The translations under genes and the position numbers were made by a program. The notes under the pieces were generated by a model. It was not told the DNA's origin. It saw only the letters and a list, made by a program, of their open reading frames with translations, and ran no database searches. Shown piece after piece: positions 19,494-30,499 of a stretch of 64,000 nucleotides of DNA (the stretch's first letter is position 1; each line of letters opens with the position of its first letter). Source of the stretch: an uncultured Verrucomicrobiae bacterium (GTDB lineage: Bacteria > Verrucomicrobiota > Verrucomicrobiia > Chthoniobacterales > JAFAMB01); contig CAWAIK010000003.1 in NCBI GenBank assembly GCA_963782115.1, positions 320,001-384,000 of the forward strand, given 5' to 3'.

Positions 19494-19709
19494 TTAGGTC
19501 GAAGAATTCTCACCGATCCAGGTCGCCCCGCCTGCCAGATCGATGTCAGTGAACCGCAGGTTCAGCATATTACCGGGAAATCGACCTCCCATCACCGGCA
19601 GAAGAGTTCTCGTAACATCTTGGGTGAAGATTGACGTTGAGGACAGGACGGAGCGACCCTGGACACTAAAGTCCGTGAAGGTTTGTGGACTAACATACTG
19701 AACCGTCAC
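19494..19709 (-). pseudogene. DUF3016 protein fragment
   Basis: VQYVSPQTFTDF...LRFTDIDLAG motif; truncated. Confidence 0.55.
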
Positions 19710-19780
19710 AACGGCGCCGGGACCGCCAACTCTGGCGGCCGCCCCGCCTTCGGTAGTGCAGCCGGTGCCACTTCAGGACA

Positions 19781-20920
19781 TTAGAGCTTACTATGTTGCT
19801 CCGCCCGGCTTTTCGGCCTGAACCGCTTATTTATCGAGCGAAGCAATGTGATCGGGCTGTACAACAGGGTTCGCAATTGAGCGTTGTACCAAATGTTCCA
19901 GGCTCGCCCCCACTGGAGCTTGTGGTCCAATAGCGTTTTGTCCATTTTCACATCGCCGCTCGTGCCAAGTTGTTCCGCCAGCGCCGTAAGCACATACGTC
20001 CATATCCCATCCTGAAGTTTGGAACCGGCGAGCCGAAACGCCAACTCATAGAGCGGGTCCCCGGCACGGGCCAAGACCTGAACCTGCGCAAAGGTGAACC
20101 CCTCCTCAACGTAGGAACTAAAGGTTACCCAACCTGCTTCGGGATGCCCGGCTGGCGTCATCAGTGTGAACGACTCGGCTCCCGCGTACAACACCATCAC
20201 GCCGGTGGAGATCGGTCCTCCCGGCGTCTGGGCATCGATTAGCACCAGCGCGTTTGGTGTGATGCCAACGGAAGCGGGATAAAAGAGCTTTTTCGGCGGC
20301 TTTAGTTTAGGCACACTCAGCTTCCAGGCGGCGATAACCTCTTGCGGGGTCAAATTGGTGTTGCGAAGAGCGATGCGATAGGTTTTTTGCCATAGTTGGC
20401 CGAAACCCTGTAGCGGTCCGAATAGTCGCCGACCCTCGACGTTCAAGTTACGCGCGCCGGCAGGGATTTCCGTTATGTTGAGGCGCTCAACAGGCTCAGC
20501 CCAAGCATCCATGGCACGGTTAGTCACAGTAAATTGAGTAGGCGCGACAGGGCGGGTCGGAGCGGCTGGCGGCACGCCCGGCATGTCCAAAAGGTCATGC
20601 GCGGCTTGCAGGGCATCGGCTTCGGAAGCATAGACGGTAATTCCTTGGTTCAGCTGCGCAACCTCGAAAATCTTCTGGTATCCCGCGTTCAATCCCACAA
20701 CAAATAGACGCTGCCTCGCCGCCTTGCAACGTGCGAGGAGCGCTACGACCGACTTAATCCCGCTGCTGTTCTTGTACACCAAACGGCTGAAATTGAGGAC
20801 CAGTACACGTGCACCATTGCTGCTGGCTTGTTCGGAGGCGTTAAGCAGCGCGTCCTGGACTGACGACGTGAGCTCGCCCGCCAGATCAATGATGTAGACG
20901 TGCGCAAACGCTTTACGCAC
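19781..20920 (-). CDS. STAS (anti-sigma antagonist) domain fused to an uncharacterised DUF1990-like domain
   Basis: IIDLAGEL..LNFSRLVYKNSSGI STAS motif, Pro-rich linker, then QGFGQLWQKTY..SFTLMTPAGHPEAGWVTFS. Confidence 0.65.
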   Translation of the reverse strand: MRKAFAHVYIIDLAGELTSSVQDALLNASEQASSNGARVLVLNFSRLVYKNSSGIKSVVALLARCKAARQRLFVVGLNAGYQKIFEVAQLNQGITVYASEADALQAAHDLLDMPGVPPAAPTRPVAPTQFTVTNRAMDAWAEPVERLNITEIPAGARNLNVEGRRLFGPLQGFGQLWQKTYRIALRNTNLTPQEVIAAWKLSVPKLKPPKKLFYPASVGITPNALVLIDAQTPGGPISTGVMVLYAGAESFTLMTPAGHPEAGWVTFSSYVEEGFTFAQVQVLARAGDPLYELAFRLAGSKLQDGIWTYVLTALAEQLGTSGDVKMDKTLLDHKLQWGRAWNIWYNAQLRTLLYSPITLLRSINKRFRPKSRAEQHSKL

Positions 20921-21309
20921 GCTGATTGTCGCAGTTTCTTGTGAGATAGGCTCAGCCTCCGAACGATACGCACATTACTGCACGTCGTTGCATTTTCAAA
21001 GCTTCCAATAGATAAAAGAGAAGCCAAAAAGGCCGGTCTACAAAGTGAAATTTTAGAACGCGAATCCTCCCCGCACAGAAGCCTAAGTAGCGTGACGGTA
21101 TCGGGTTCGAACTCTCTGCCTATTTCGTAAAAGTTGGACTCCCCAGCCTAAGGGGATGTACGCACCAGTATCCGTATTTCGCGCCCGTCACAATTCCGTC
21201 GAACGGTGCCCGGACGATCTTAAACGCTTCCAGCACCTCCAGCCGGTTCACGTTAGCTTGGTCCGCGATTACGGTTCCTTGATTTTCTCAATGATCGTTA
21301 TCGATTCTT

Positions 21310-21666
21310 TCAGTGTCGATCTCGCGCGCTCGGCGGCTTAGCTTTGTAGAAGATCGCTTGCACCTTTTCCAATGTGATCAACCCGTCCCCGACAATGGCT
21401 TCGACCGCCACAAGGAACGCTTGAATCTTCTCCTCCGTATCAACGATCTCAATGACAATCGGCAAATCCATGGAAACATGGAAAGTGGCGCTTGCATGCA
21501 GATGGCTTGATCTTCCGAATCCAAGAGGACCACGCAGCACCGTGGCTCCTGCTAGATTCATTTCGCGCGCTTTGAGCACAATGTTTCGAAACACCGGCTC
21601 TTCCTCCAGCTCGTCGCCCTCACCTAGAAATATTCTCAATAGTAATGCATCTCTGGTAAGTTCCAT
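21310..21666 (-). CDS. DUF190 (PII-like) protein
   Basis: LLRIFLGEGD, AGATVLRGPLGFG, SMDLPIVIEIVDTEEKI, GLITLEKV. Confidence 0.88.
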   Translation of the reverse strand: MELTRDALLLRIFLGEGDELEEEPVFRNIVLKAREMNLAGATVLRGPLGFGRSSHLHASATFHVSMDLPIVIEIVDTEEKIQAFLVAVEAIVGDGLITLEKVQAIFYKAKPPSARDRH

Positions 21667-21787
21667 ATATAAGTTTATCTAGCGATGGAGCGAATCTTCT
21701 TCGGGTGCTTTTTTCCAAGCATCGTTGCGTCCATACTCATAAAATTTCTTTTCGTGCCGCTTCGATTTCAGCGACTATCAATTCCTG

Positions 21788-22138
21788 CTAGTGCACCGTC
21801 TCGCATATAATGGTGATGGCGTTGCGTTCGAAATGGGCCGTCGGCAAGGCGGTCCGAGCCGGACTGGCGGTAGGAGGGCGCATCCCGCACCAGTTTTTGC
21901 GATTGTGCCGCTCCGGTTTTGCGCAGCGCTTATCAAAAACTGGTGCGGGACGTAACCGACGAGCAACGCAGCCGCCGGCCCATTTTCAACGCAACCCTCC
22001 GGGCCGCGGCCGGTTGGCTGTTTTTCCGCGTTGCTCGCTCGACCCGTATGACTCAGATATGGGCGCTTCGCTCGCGCCTTGAAAAACAGCCAACTGACCT
22101 GCGGCGACATCACCATTATATGCGAGACGGTGCACTAG
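21788..22138. mobile_element. 351-bp MITE with 31-bp perfect terminal inverted repeats
   Basis: ctagtgcaccgtctcgcatataatggtgatg at 21788-21818, reverse complement at 22108-22138; no transposase inside. Confidence 0.85.
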
Positions 22139-22179
22139 CGCGAAAATCTCGCGAGCGCTTTGCTCGAGAGATTTTCGGG

Positions 22180-22600
22180 CTAGGACGCTTGGAACAATAG
22201 GAACATTACCAGAACAATGAGCAGCGACGAAAGGGCGTAAGCGGCATAGGCGTTAAAGCGTCCGTGATGCATAGCCGCCAGCACGCCAGCACACCAAAAC
22301 GCAGCTAGTTGGGTCGGTCGAAAAACCAGCTTCTCTATGAGATGGACACGCTCTTTTTCGCGCCGGATGGGCGACGCGAAAATGTTCCGCCACCGTCTCA
22401 CGGGTGTCCTCGACCGTCGTGGGTTGAAACACCGCATCGAAAATCACCCGCACCGGATTGGAAAAACCCGTCGCTGTGTAGGTCATCTCGGGTAACAGGC
22501 GTCTCACACCTCCGTACCATCGCGGATGACGCGCTAGTTGATGGGTTAACCACAAACGGACGATCACGTAAGTGAGAACCAGCAAGATCACGATCGCCAA
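22180..22600 (-). pseudogene. Hydrogenase-4 component B (HyfB-like) C-terminal fragment, frameshifted
   Basis: WYGG..PEMTYTATGFSNPVRVIF and MHHGRFNAYAAY in two frames. Confidence 0.65.
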
Positions 22601-23076
22601 AAATAGCGTGGAACCTTCGTCTTGTAGCGCCGGTATTCGTCGCCAAACTTTCGTTCCAGGTAACGCTCCTCACGTAGGATGATGCCGTAATGCACGAGCG
22701 GCAGACTAAACACCAAGAGCAGCGGAACCCAATCGAGGGCGCAACCGATGGCGATGCCGAGGAGCGCGATACTGCCGCCGACGTACATTGGATTTCGCGT
22801 CCAGGTGAACATACCCGTGGTCGCAAGCGCCAATGTCGGCTGCGACGGTCGAACGTTTGTGCCGATGCGCCGAAAAATGCGATTTGCCCCGATCACCATT
22901 CCAAGGCCGACGACGAACGCAACAATGCCGACTACGATCCTTACCTGGCGGGGAACATGATTGAGCAGATTCGACGGCACAACGAAGTTGAGGATAATTC
23001 CCACTACCAGAACCGAGAGCGGAATCAACGGTGGAAAGACGATGACGCCTGGGGTATCACTGGAATTGTCTGTCAT
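22588..23076 (-). CDS. Isoprenylcysteine carboxyl methyltransferase (ICMT/PEMT) family protein
   Basis: GTNVRP, TGMFTWTRNPMYVG, REERYLERKFGDEYRRYKTKVPR. Confidence 0.88.
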   Translation of the reverse strand: MTDNSSDTPGVIVFPPLIPLSVLVVGIILNFVVPSNLLNHVPRQVRIVVGIVAFVVGLGMVIGANRIFRRIGTNVRPSQPTLALATTGMFTWTRNPMYVGGSIALLGIAIGCALDWVPLLLVFSLPLVHYGIILREERYLERKFGDEYRRYKTKVPRYFWRS

Positions 23077-23479
23077 GGCGTTCAGTATATACAGAGCAGC
23101 GGCAAAGTTCCGATCCTAGATGAAGGGATCCGCAATGGCGACATCAACTTCTCTCGACAGCACCACCTGAGAGAGTTGGATTCCTGATCTAGAGCTTTCC
23201 ACAATGCCTGAAGGGCGTGCGGATATCGTATTGCATTCTTCCTAGATGGTCGCCTCCCTAAATCGACGCACCGGGACACACAGACTTTTTCATCGCACTG
23301 TCCCGGATGCGAGAGGATTTCGTCAAAGCGTGTTCCAAGGCTTCGCCCTTCCCGTCGAATGATTTCTGCGCAGGCGCCGGGATCGCAAAGCCCCAAACGC
23401 CGAAGAGCGAGCGAAACTCTGCAACCCCAAGCGTTTCTTCTTCACAAATAGGCGCCCTCTTTATAGGAGTTGTATCTCC

Positions 23480-24436
23480 ATGAGAAGCTTAAGACTGCTT
23501 TCGTTGTGCCTCGCATTCTTCTTGCAGGGCGCTTCTTACGCTAATGAAAAGCTTGTTATCTTTGGGGACAGTCTCTCGGATAACGGGAACGCGTTAGCTG
23601 CGACCGGAGGGGCTTTCCCTTCCTCGCCCTATGGCCATACCTACGACCAGTCAGGAAAGGATTTAGGAGACACTTTTCCGGGTCGATTTACTGACGGCCA
23701 GAACTGGGTGGACTATTTTCCCGGAGTCGCTGAATCTTTTGGCGTCGATGTCTCACCGGTGACCGCTTATTTCCAGAATGCGCAAGATGTTAATGCGACG
23801 AACTTTGCAGTTGGCGGAGCAACATCTGGGGACAGCAACGTGTTCATCAAATCTCTTCCAGGCTTCCAGACTCAAATCCTCACCTACTTACAAGCGGTCG
23901 GGGGACAAGCCTCCCCTGATGACTTGTATTTTATCTGGATAGGGGCAAATGATTTTAAAGCGGGAATTGACCCGGCTCAAACGGTAGCAAATATCAAGCA
24001 TGGAATCGCTGAGCTTTCAGGCAAAGGAGCGAGACACTTCGTTGCCGTTAACATCCCGGATCTGTCGCTGACTCCTCAGGTGAAAGCACTTGGCGGAGCA
24101 GCAATCCTGGCAGCGAAGCGTTTTGTATCAACCGCAAATGTTTTGCTTGAAGTCGAGCTTCTGCAATTTGCCTTTCTTCATGGAATCAGCATCGAAGTTG
24201 TGGATACCAACGCGATTTTCGTCCCGCTGGTCTACAACCCTTGCAGGTTTGGCTTCACAAACAGCGTCGGCGCTGCCCTCAATCTTACGACCGGCGCTAT
24301 CGTATCAGACCCGAATGATTACGTCTTCTGGGATGGATTCCATCCAACCACCAACGCACATCACATCGCGGCTGAGTTTATCTTCAAAATTGCATTTTTG
24401 AGACGCCACTTCCACGAGTTATTGTCGATCCGATAA
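23480..24436 (+). CDS. Secreted SGNH/GDSL hydrolase
   Basis: Signal peptide; FGDSLSD, GRFTDG, NFAVGGA, IGAND, WDGFHPT. Confidence 0.92.
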   Translation: MRSLRLLSLCLAFFLQGASYANEKLVIFGDSLSDNGNALAATGGAFPSSPYGHTYDQSGKDLGDTFPGRFTDGQNWVDYFPGVAESFGVDVSPVTAYFQNAQDVNATNFAVGGATSGDSNVFIKSLPGFQTQILTYLQAVGGQASPDDLYFIWIGANDFKAGIDPAQTVANIKHGIAELSGKGARHFVAVNIPDLSLTPQVKALGGAAILAAKRFVSTANVLLEVELLQFAFLHGISIEVVDTNAIFVPLVYNPCRFGFTNSVGAALNLTTGAIVSDPNDYVFWDGFHPTTNAHHIAAEFIFKIAFLRRHFHELLSIR

Positions 24437-24610
24437 CGACGCTTGGTTTGCCCCCTGCGGGAGCAACGAAGCGGAACGCCCGACTCCACCAACCGTGCAG
24501 TCGGTAAGAGGCGCACTAAGAACATGGAAACCTACCTGAAGTCCTGAAGTGAATTCGCCGCCTAGGGAATTAGCGAAGCTTCACCAATGTTTCACTTCTG
24601 GAGCTTTCCG

Positions 24611-25546
24611 CTACACCAGCGACCGTCCTGCTATTTCTTCCAGTTTCCGGAGAGGCGACTTCTCAGGAGAAAGGAGTCCACTCACCGGGATAATCAGGGT
24701 TTGTTCCAAAGCGAGACGACCGGAAAGAACGGCGTGCGGGACGGCATCGGTAAAAACTATCCATGTCGAAAACGGCGGAAAGTCTGTGCACAATTTTGTG
24801 CCCTCTCGCTGAAAATCGGCGTTCTCCTTAAGATAATCATGGAAGCGCAACATAAATTGGTCATAAGGCGCTCGGTTGGACCCGGGGATTCGGAATAAAT
24901 GTTGAAGGGGAGTGATAAGCTTACGGACCACACCCGTCGGCGCGGAGGCGCGCTGAGCGATTTTTTTCAGACCTGCATCCTTTGAATAACGCTTTGCGAT
25001 CTCAGGGAAGTGATCTCCTGTCAGCCACGTTCTAGGCTTTGCTGGGTTAATATTCGTAAAGCAGCGCAGTATTCTTGCGCCGCGCGTTGGCCGACCGGGA
25101 AAAGCATCTACGTGGAGTAAGTCATTACGTTTGTGAAGAGGTAGATTACGTCCTTGCTCTTCCAGCGGGCGGAAGCTGGCGAAGTCCAGTTTCCAATAAG
25201 GTGCATAGGGAGCAACGAGTTGCGAAAGAAACTTTACGACCTGCTCGGAATAATTGCGCATCACTTGGTGCAAATGCTCTACCTCCTCCCGCGCTTCTGC
25301 GGCAAAGCCACGCAATTCGTCCCGGTGGGGACGATAGGAGATATTCTTGTGAAGCGATGAACCGCTCTGTTGTTGCGAACTCAGAAAGTGGAGGTCGGCT
25401 TGAGGTAAGTCGAACGGGATACCCTTCAGCAAAAGGACATGTCCGTCTTCGAGTTGCGAGCAACACCAGAGCGCGCGTTCCTCGCTACCTTTCAAATTGC
25501 GCCATCCCTGCGGGTACGAAAAATCGTCTACCGTTATGAGAGACAT
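24611..25546 (-). CDS. kdoO: Kdo hydroxylase family protein (Kdo to Ko)
   Basis: KNISY, SFRP..E.GR, LLHVDAFPGRPTRGARILRCFTNINP, YDQFMLRFHDYLK, FTDAVPHAVLSG..LEQT. Confidence 0.82.
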   Translation of the reverse strand: MSLITVDDFSYPQGWRNLKGSEERALWCCSQLEDGHVLLLKGIPFDLPQADLHFLSSQQQSGSSLHKNISYRPHRDELRGFAAEAREEVEHLHQVMRNYSEQVVKFLSQLVAPYAPYWKLDFASFRPLEEQGRNLPLHKRNDLLHVDAFPGRPTRGARILRCFTNINPAKPRTWLTGDHFPEIAKRYSKDAGLKKIAQRASAPTGVVRKLITPLQHLFRIPGSNRAPYDQFMLRFHDYLKENADFQREGTKLCTDFPPFSTWIVFTDAVPHAVLSGRLALEQTLIIPVSGLLSPEKSPLRKLEEIAGRSLV

Positions 25547-25629
25547 GGTGTTGATCCTGGGATCTGATCCCGGACAACTAACCTAGCCCAACCTGCGTCA
25601 GCAGTTCCAGCTTTTCCTTGCGTTGCAAC

Positions 25630-27564
25630 CAGCGCCAATTCATGAGAGTCGTTTGAGGTTGGGATATTTGCTCAAGGCTAGGCAGAGTGCCGGACGGTGG
25701 TGGTCTTCGGACAAGGCGGATTGGAAATCGGTGGTGGTGACATGGTCTGGGCGTCGCTTGTACCCACTCCATTGCATGAAGAGGCTATTGCTCAAGCGCA
25801 GGATCATTCCGAGAACCAACATAGCGTTGTCGTTGCGCACCCGGCAGCGGTCGTCGTTGTGGGAGATATCCAAGCGCTGATGCAAACCGCTCTCGATGCC
25901 CCAGGCATCCCGGTTCAGACGCATCCAGTTTGTCGCATGGAGTCGTGAGGCCTCGACACTGGTGATCAGCGCCACCAGTTCGTCTTTGCGTCCTTCGGTC
26001 TGGCGCAACAGCAGAGCAGCCTGCTCGGCCAATGGGAAGCAGACCTGTTCACCGGTGACTGGCGCGGTGACAATACTGCGGCTTTCTTTGCGGCTTTTGT
26101 TGATTTCCTGCACGCGAGCCTTGGTGGGCGTCGGCTCATGAGGGGGGAAAATCGCCCTGAGGGGCGGCAACGAGGGTTTCGATCTGTTCGCGCACGGTGG
26201 GTTGATTCCCTTTGACTGTTAGCAGATAATCGGCCCCGTGTTCCAAGACCAGCGCGCGCGCGGTTTCGTCCTGGGTGTGTAAGGCGTCCAACGAGACCAA
26301 CCGGCCTTCGAGCTCCAGGCGATTAAATAACTCTCGCGCCACGGGAATCTCGTTGGTCTTTGGTCGACCAGTGCACTGCCCAAGTAATGCTGGCTCGGTA
26401 CGGTGACCGCGCTCAAAATCGAGGCGCCGCTGCCGTGCCTGGGTTCCTTGCCATCCAGTACGATCAATTGATCTTTGGGCGCCGAGCCGCGCATTTGCTC
26501 CTGGATGGCTAAAATGACTTCCTCCACCCTACGGGCATCGACCCGCTGGAGCAGACGGCAAAAGGTCGGCTGTGTCGGAGCAGGATACTTGCCTTTTGGG
26601 TTACGCCGGATGCCAAGAGCCCGGCGTTGCGCTTGGCTCAAGCCCCGCGCAAACTTGGCGATATCCTTTTGCCCGCGCGGAGCACCGCAGAGAGTGGCTA
26701 AAAGAAGGATCGTTAACATCGACCACAGCGGATAGGACTCGAAGCGCCCGCGAAAGTCTGGCACGGCCTTGAAGTGTTCGACCATCGAGCGGATTTCCTT
26801 CACCGTACGCGTGCAGGGTGGCGACACCTTTTGTTCGACCACCGCCAACGCTGGCTTGAGATGTTCGGCCTGAAGACTGCGGCGGGCGTTTTTGAACAGT
26901 TGGCGGCAGAAGAGGCGTTTGGGCTGGTCGTGTTTAACGTAGTAATCGCGCCGATGACGGCCCCAGCCGTCGGTCTGGCCCAGTTCGCTCCAGCCGCTGG
27001 CCGAATAAACTGTACCGCAAAACTGGGCAACATCGACGAAGGTTTCGACCACCAACACCGGATGGCCGTAAGAGCTCTGCCAATCGGTGGGAAGGCGATC
27101 CAGGGTCAGGCGCAGCACCTTGCTCGCCAGGTTGGGCACGGAGCGCTCGGGCAGGATAAGGAAGCGGCTGTTGTTAGTCACCAGGCTCAGGCGACGGTGG
27201 CGTTGAGCAGCGCTCCATCCGATCCATTGGTCGCGATGCTTGAGGTGCTTGGCTGGAGCGCTGAAGACCAGCAAGGCCAGCCATTGACCTTGGGCATCGG
27301 TGGCCACGTAGTGGAGGCGTTCGCCCACCGCTTTGAGGCTTCCCAGATAGTGATGCTCATCGAGCAATTGTTTGAAACGCTCCAGTTCGGCGCGCTCCAC
27401 AAGCCGCACTTGGACTTGGTCTAATAAGGCTTGTTGGTCGCAGTTAGGCAGTCGCAGAGTTTTACTCACGCCCGCGAGGATAAAAAATTGCTAAACAAAT
27501 GTCCCGCAAAAAGATTCTTCTTCCTCTCACTAAACGACATACCCACCGCCAGGCATTGGCCCTG
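25630..27564 (-). mobile_element. ISAs1-family element; DUF4338-fused transposase split over three frames
   Basis: Ends cagcgccaat / attggccctg, duplicated target cgttgcaac (25621-25629, 27565-27573); LDGK, KTNEIP, SLDALHTQ, YLLTVKGNQP, WGIESGLHQRLD; N-terminal HHYLG..NNSRFLIL..NLASKVL. Confidence 0.88.
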
Positions 27565-27815
27565 CGTTGCAACCCGCCGTTTGCAGTTCGTAGTCTTTGA
27601 TCGCTCCAGCGACTCGATTTCAATGCTTATGTCCGCCTTCTTAGTGATCTCCGCGATGGCGGTATCCAACGCCCTTTGGTGAAAATTTCGCCCAGACGGG
27701 TAGCGGAGCCTCTTGGATGACATTTCCTTTTTGGGTCTTTACCGACTCCAGTCCGAGCACTTTACGAAGCTGCTCTAGCGAAATCCTCTTAGTTCCGACC
27801 GCGACGTACACTCCG
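27565..27815 (-). pseudogene. Replication initiator (Rep_3-like) C-terminal fragment
   Basis: KRISLEQLRKVLGL..LPVWA|F.QRALDTAIAEITKKADISIE across a frameshift; abuts the ISAs1 end. Confidence 0.5.
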
Positions 27816-27999
27816 GAAGAAGGATGAATGGTGCGCGATGCAGGTTTGAACCTGCGCCTTTCCCTCAAGAAGCGCACCCTATCACCGCTAAGTCACCACT
27901 ACCGAATGCGCTTCGCCTTTTGGGTGGGTTGCGAGGTAATCGTCCAGCTCCATCTTGGTGAAAGCCCAATGACGAGGCGGGTGCCGCTCAATGCCTGGG

Positions 28000-28130
28000 A
28001 ATACTCCCCAGGATGGCGTCTTGTTTGGAATGACCGGGGCTCGGAAGTCGATGTTTATCGCACATCTATTGGCACGGATTGGGCCTCGGTTCGGGTTCCG
28101 GTTAATCGTTGAAGAAGGATTGTCGAAATG
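28000..28130 (+). pseudogene. VirB4-like conjugation ATPase remnant
   Basis: TPQDGVLFGMTGARKSMF (degenerate Walker A) ...LIVEEGLS; very short. Confidence 0.35.
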
Positions 28131-28434
28131 CGGTTCTTACGCAGACGGAAGGTGCGGTTCAGCTAACAAGATGCAACGAGGTTGGGCGTTGAGTTTCGTT
28201 CTTCAAAAACCATTTGATGATGTGGACGCCGCGCCTGGTACTGAACCCAACCCATACCAACACACTGTGGATGCCATGCACAACATTGTCGGGCGTTTTG
28301 ATCCCACTGAATCGTTTCCAAAGCTCCATCATTGATGGCCGGAATTAGGCTGTCAGTTTAGTGCAGGTGTAAACTTAAACTCGAGCCGACAGAGTGAAAG
28401 GGTAGTTACTTTGTCAGCTTTGTTGGATTTAGCC

Positions 28435-28638
28435 CTAATAGAAATAATCCGGATCAGGGTCGAAATTCCCGTTACTGAAATTTATCGAATCGTCAACTCG
28501 CTCTCTTTGGTCATAATCCCTTGATGCTGGGAGCAAGCGATCCTGATCGCCAGGGAATCCAGCTGTTTTATAGTTGTTCTGGGCACATCCCAGCACGAAA
28601 ACGAACGCGATTAAGAGGCAGCAATAGGCTCGACGCAT
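28435..28638 (-). CDS. Small putative lipoprotein
   Basis: MRRAYCCLLIAFVFVLGC lipobox. Confidence 0.4.
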   Translation of the reverse strand: MRRAYCCLLIAFVFVLGCAQNNYKTAGFPGDQDRLLPASRDYDQRERVDDSINFSNGNFDPDPDYFY

Positions 28639-28877
28639 AGGAGTAAAACTCTGCGATTTGAATGCTCTTCGCACGCAAAAACCGCGTCGCAGCGGCGCTT
28701 TTGTAGCTTCCTATGGCAAAACGATCCAAGAAAAACAGGGTGGCGAGTAGCAGGCTTTCGACAAAGTCACTACGCAAACGAGGCGCTCAAACATCCGCCA
28801 TCCTGGTGTTGTAACGATTCGCTTTGGGGACTGCTCCGAATGGCTCGAAGATAAGGGCGATTTGGGATGGTTCTTCA

Positions 28878-28970
28878 CCCCGAAGGGGTTGAGAGGACTC
28901 AGCCCGGGGTTTCAACCCTGGTTTCAACCCCGGGAAGGCCGCCCCTCGGCGGCGCGCTGAAAGGGCGCCA
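28878..28970. repeat. REP-like palindromic element
   Basis: agcccggggtttcaaccctggtttcaaccccggg hairpin flanked by ccccgaagggg and ctgaaagggcg. Confidence 0.55.
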
Positions 28971-28974
28971 GATG

Positions 28975-30499
28975 GAGCACGTGATCACTTTCAAAGCCAC
29001 TGGGCGAAGCAGCAGCGTGTCTAGCGCCTTGTAAGTCACGCCCATCGCCCCTTGGCCGAGCTGAACCGGTTTCCCATCGGGACCTAGTGCCTAATTACAT
29101 AAATTAGCGTAAGAACGCTTCATTTGTTGCTGGTGGACCTCCTTTTTGGTCCACTCGAAAGGGGCCGCGTTCTGGTTCCAGCTCGCGATAAAGGCTTCGA
29201 TCGCCTGAACGAGCATTCGGACGCTGGTGAAACTGCCTCTCTGTAGGGCTCCGCGGCTCAAAATGCTAAACCAGCATTCAATCTGATTGAGCCAGGAGCT
29301 ATGAGTCGGGATGAAATGAAAATGCACGTGAGGGTGAGTCTTTAGCCAGCGGTCTTCCCTTGGCTTATGGGTGTTCAGATTGTCCAGCACCACGTGCAGC
29401 TCTTTGCCAGGATAGATGGAAACCAACTCATTCATGAAATCCAGAAACTCACGCCTGCGGCGACGACGATAATGTCCGGAATGGACCAGCCCGGTCGCCA
29501 CCTCCAGAGCGGCAAAGAGCGTGGTGGTGCCGTGGCGCTTGTATTCGTGAGCGAAGCCGGTCAGTGCGCGACCGTTTGGTAAGCGGATCCAGCCTTGCGC
29601 CCGCTCCAAAGCTTGAATGCATGGTTTTTCGTCTACGCAGAGCACCAGCGCGTTCTGTGGCGGATTCATGTGAAGGCCGACCACATCGGCAGCCTTGCGA
29701 CTGAACTCCGGATCGGTGCTCACGCACCAGCTCTGCCGGCGCTCAAGATGCAAGTCGTGCTTTCGCATCACCCGCCAGACTTGGTCCTTGCTCACGTTGC
29801 CCAGATGCTTGGCCAGCAGCGGCCCATTCCAGCGGCTGTAGCCTGGAGGCGCCGGCTCATCGAGCGCTTTCAAGATCCGCTCTTCGGTTAGCGAAGTGTA
29901 CTTGCGGCGCTTTTCCCCCGAGCGAACGCTTATCACTAAGGCCAGCCATTCTCTCTTGAGCAAATCGCCGTAGCCACTTGCTTATCCGCGCCGCTCGGGT
30001 CTTCATTTTTAAGGCGATCTCTTTGCCGCTTAGTCCACTGGAAGCTAAAAGAATCACTCTGGCCCGTTCGACCATACGCTGTTCGGTTTTGGAACCTCGC
30101 ATCCAACGCAAAAGGATTTCTTTCTCCTCAGTGGAAAGCCGGATTTCAGGAGCAGGTCGACTCATATGACCTACTTCTATACTTATTACGCTTTCAATTG
30201 CAAGTAAGTAGTAGCTCCACTTCGTAATGTGCAAAAAGATGATGGCCCGGTCCAGAGGGGGCCGCCAAGCCCTTGGACTCTTGTGCGGTGTCACCTGGGT
30301 CTTGGTTCGCCTGCCCTTGAGAGTGACTGCTCTCTGGCAGCGTAAACCGCGCTAAACAGACTGGACAAACCGGCGACAGGCTTGCCTCCTCCAACCGCGC
30401 TCCGCACGATCTACAAAAAAAGCTCGAAACACTATCATGTTGCGCGACCGTGCGTTCCAGCCCCGCATGTCCTGAATTCGGGCGAGGACCGGAGTTCAT
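28975..30499 (-). pseudogene. Ser/Thr protein kinase N-terminus interrupted by IS630 and truncated
   Basis: CRSCG..CPVC Zn-ribbon and FAHYEVEL before the IS; frame resumes after it as GPDGKPVQLGQGAMGVTYKALD..PVALKVI. Confidence 0.78.
29085..30212 (-). mobile_element. IS630-family element, transposase frameshifted near 29920
   Basis: RARVILL HTH ORF plus VDEKPCIQALER, YKRHGTTTLFAAL, VLDNLNTHK, PTHSSWLNQIE; imperfect IRs; inserted at TA. Confidence 0.9.
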
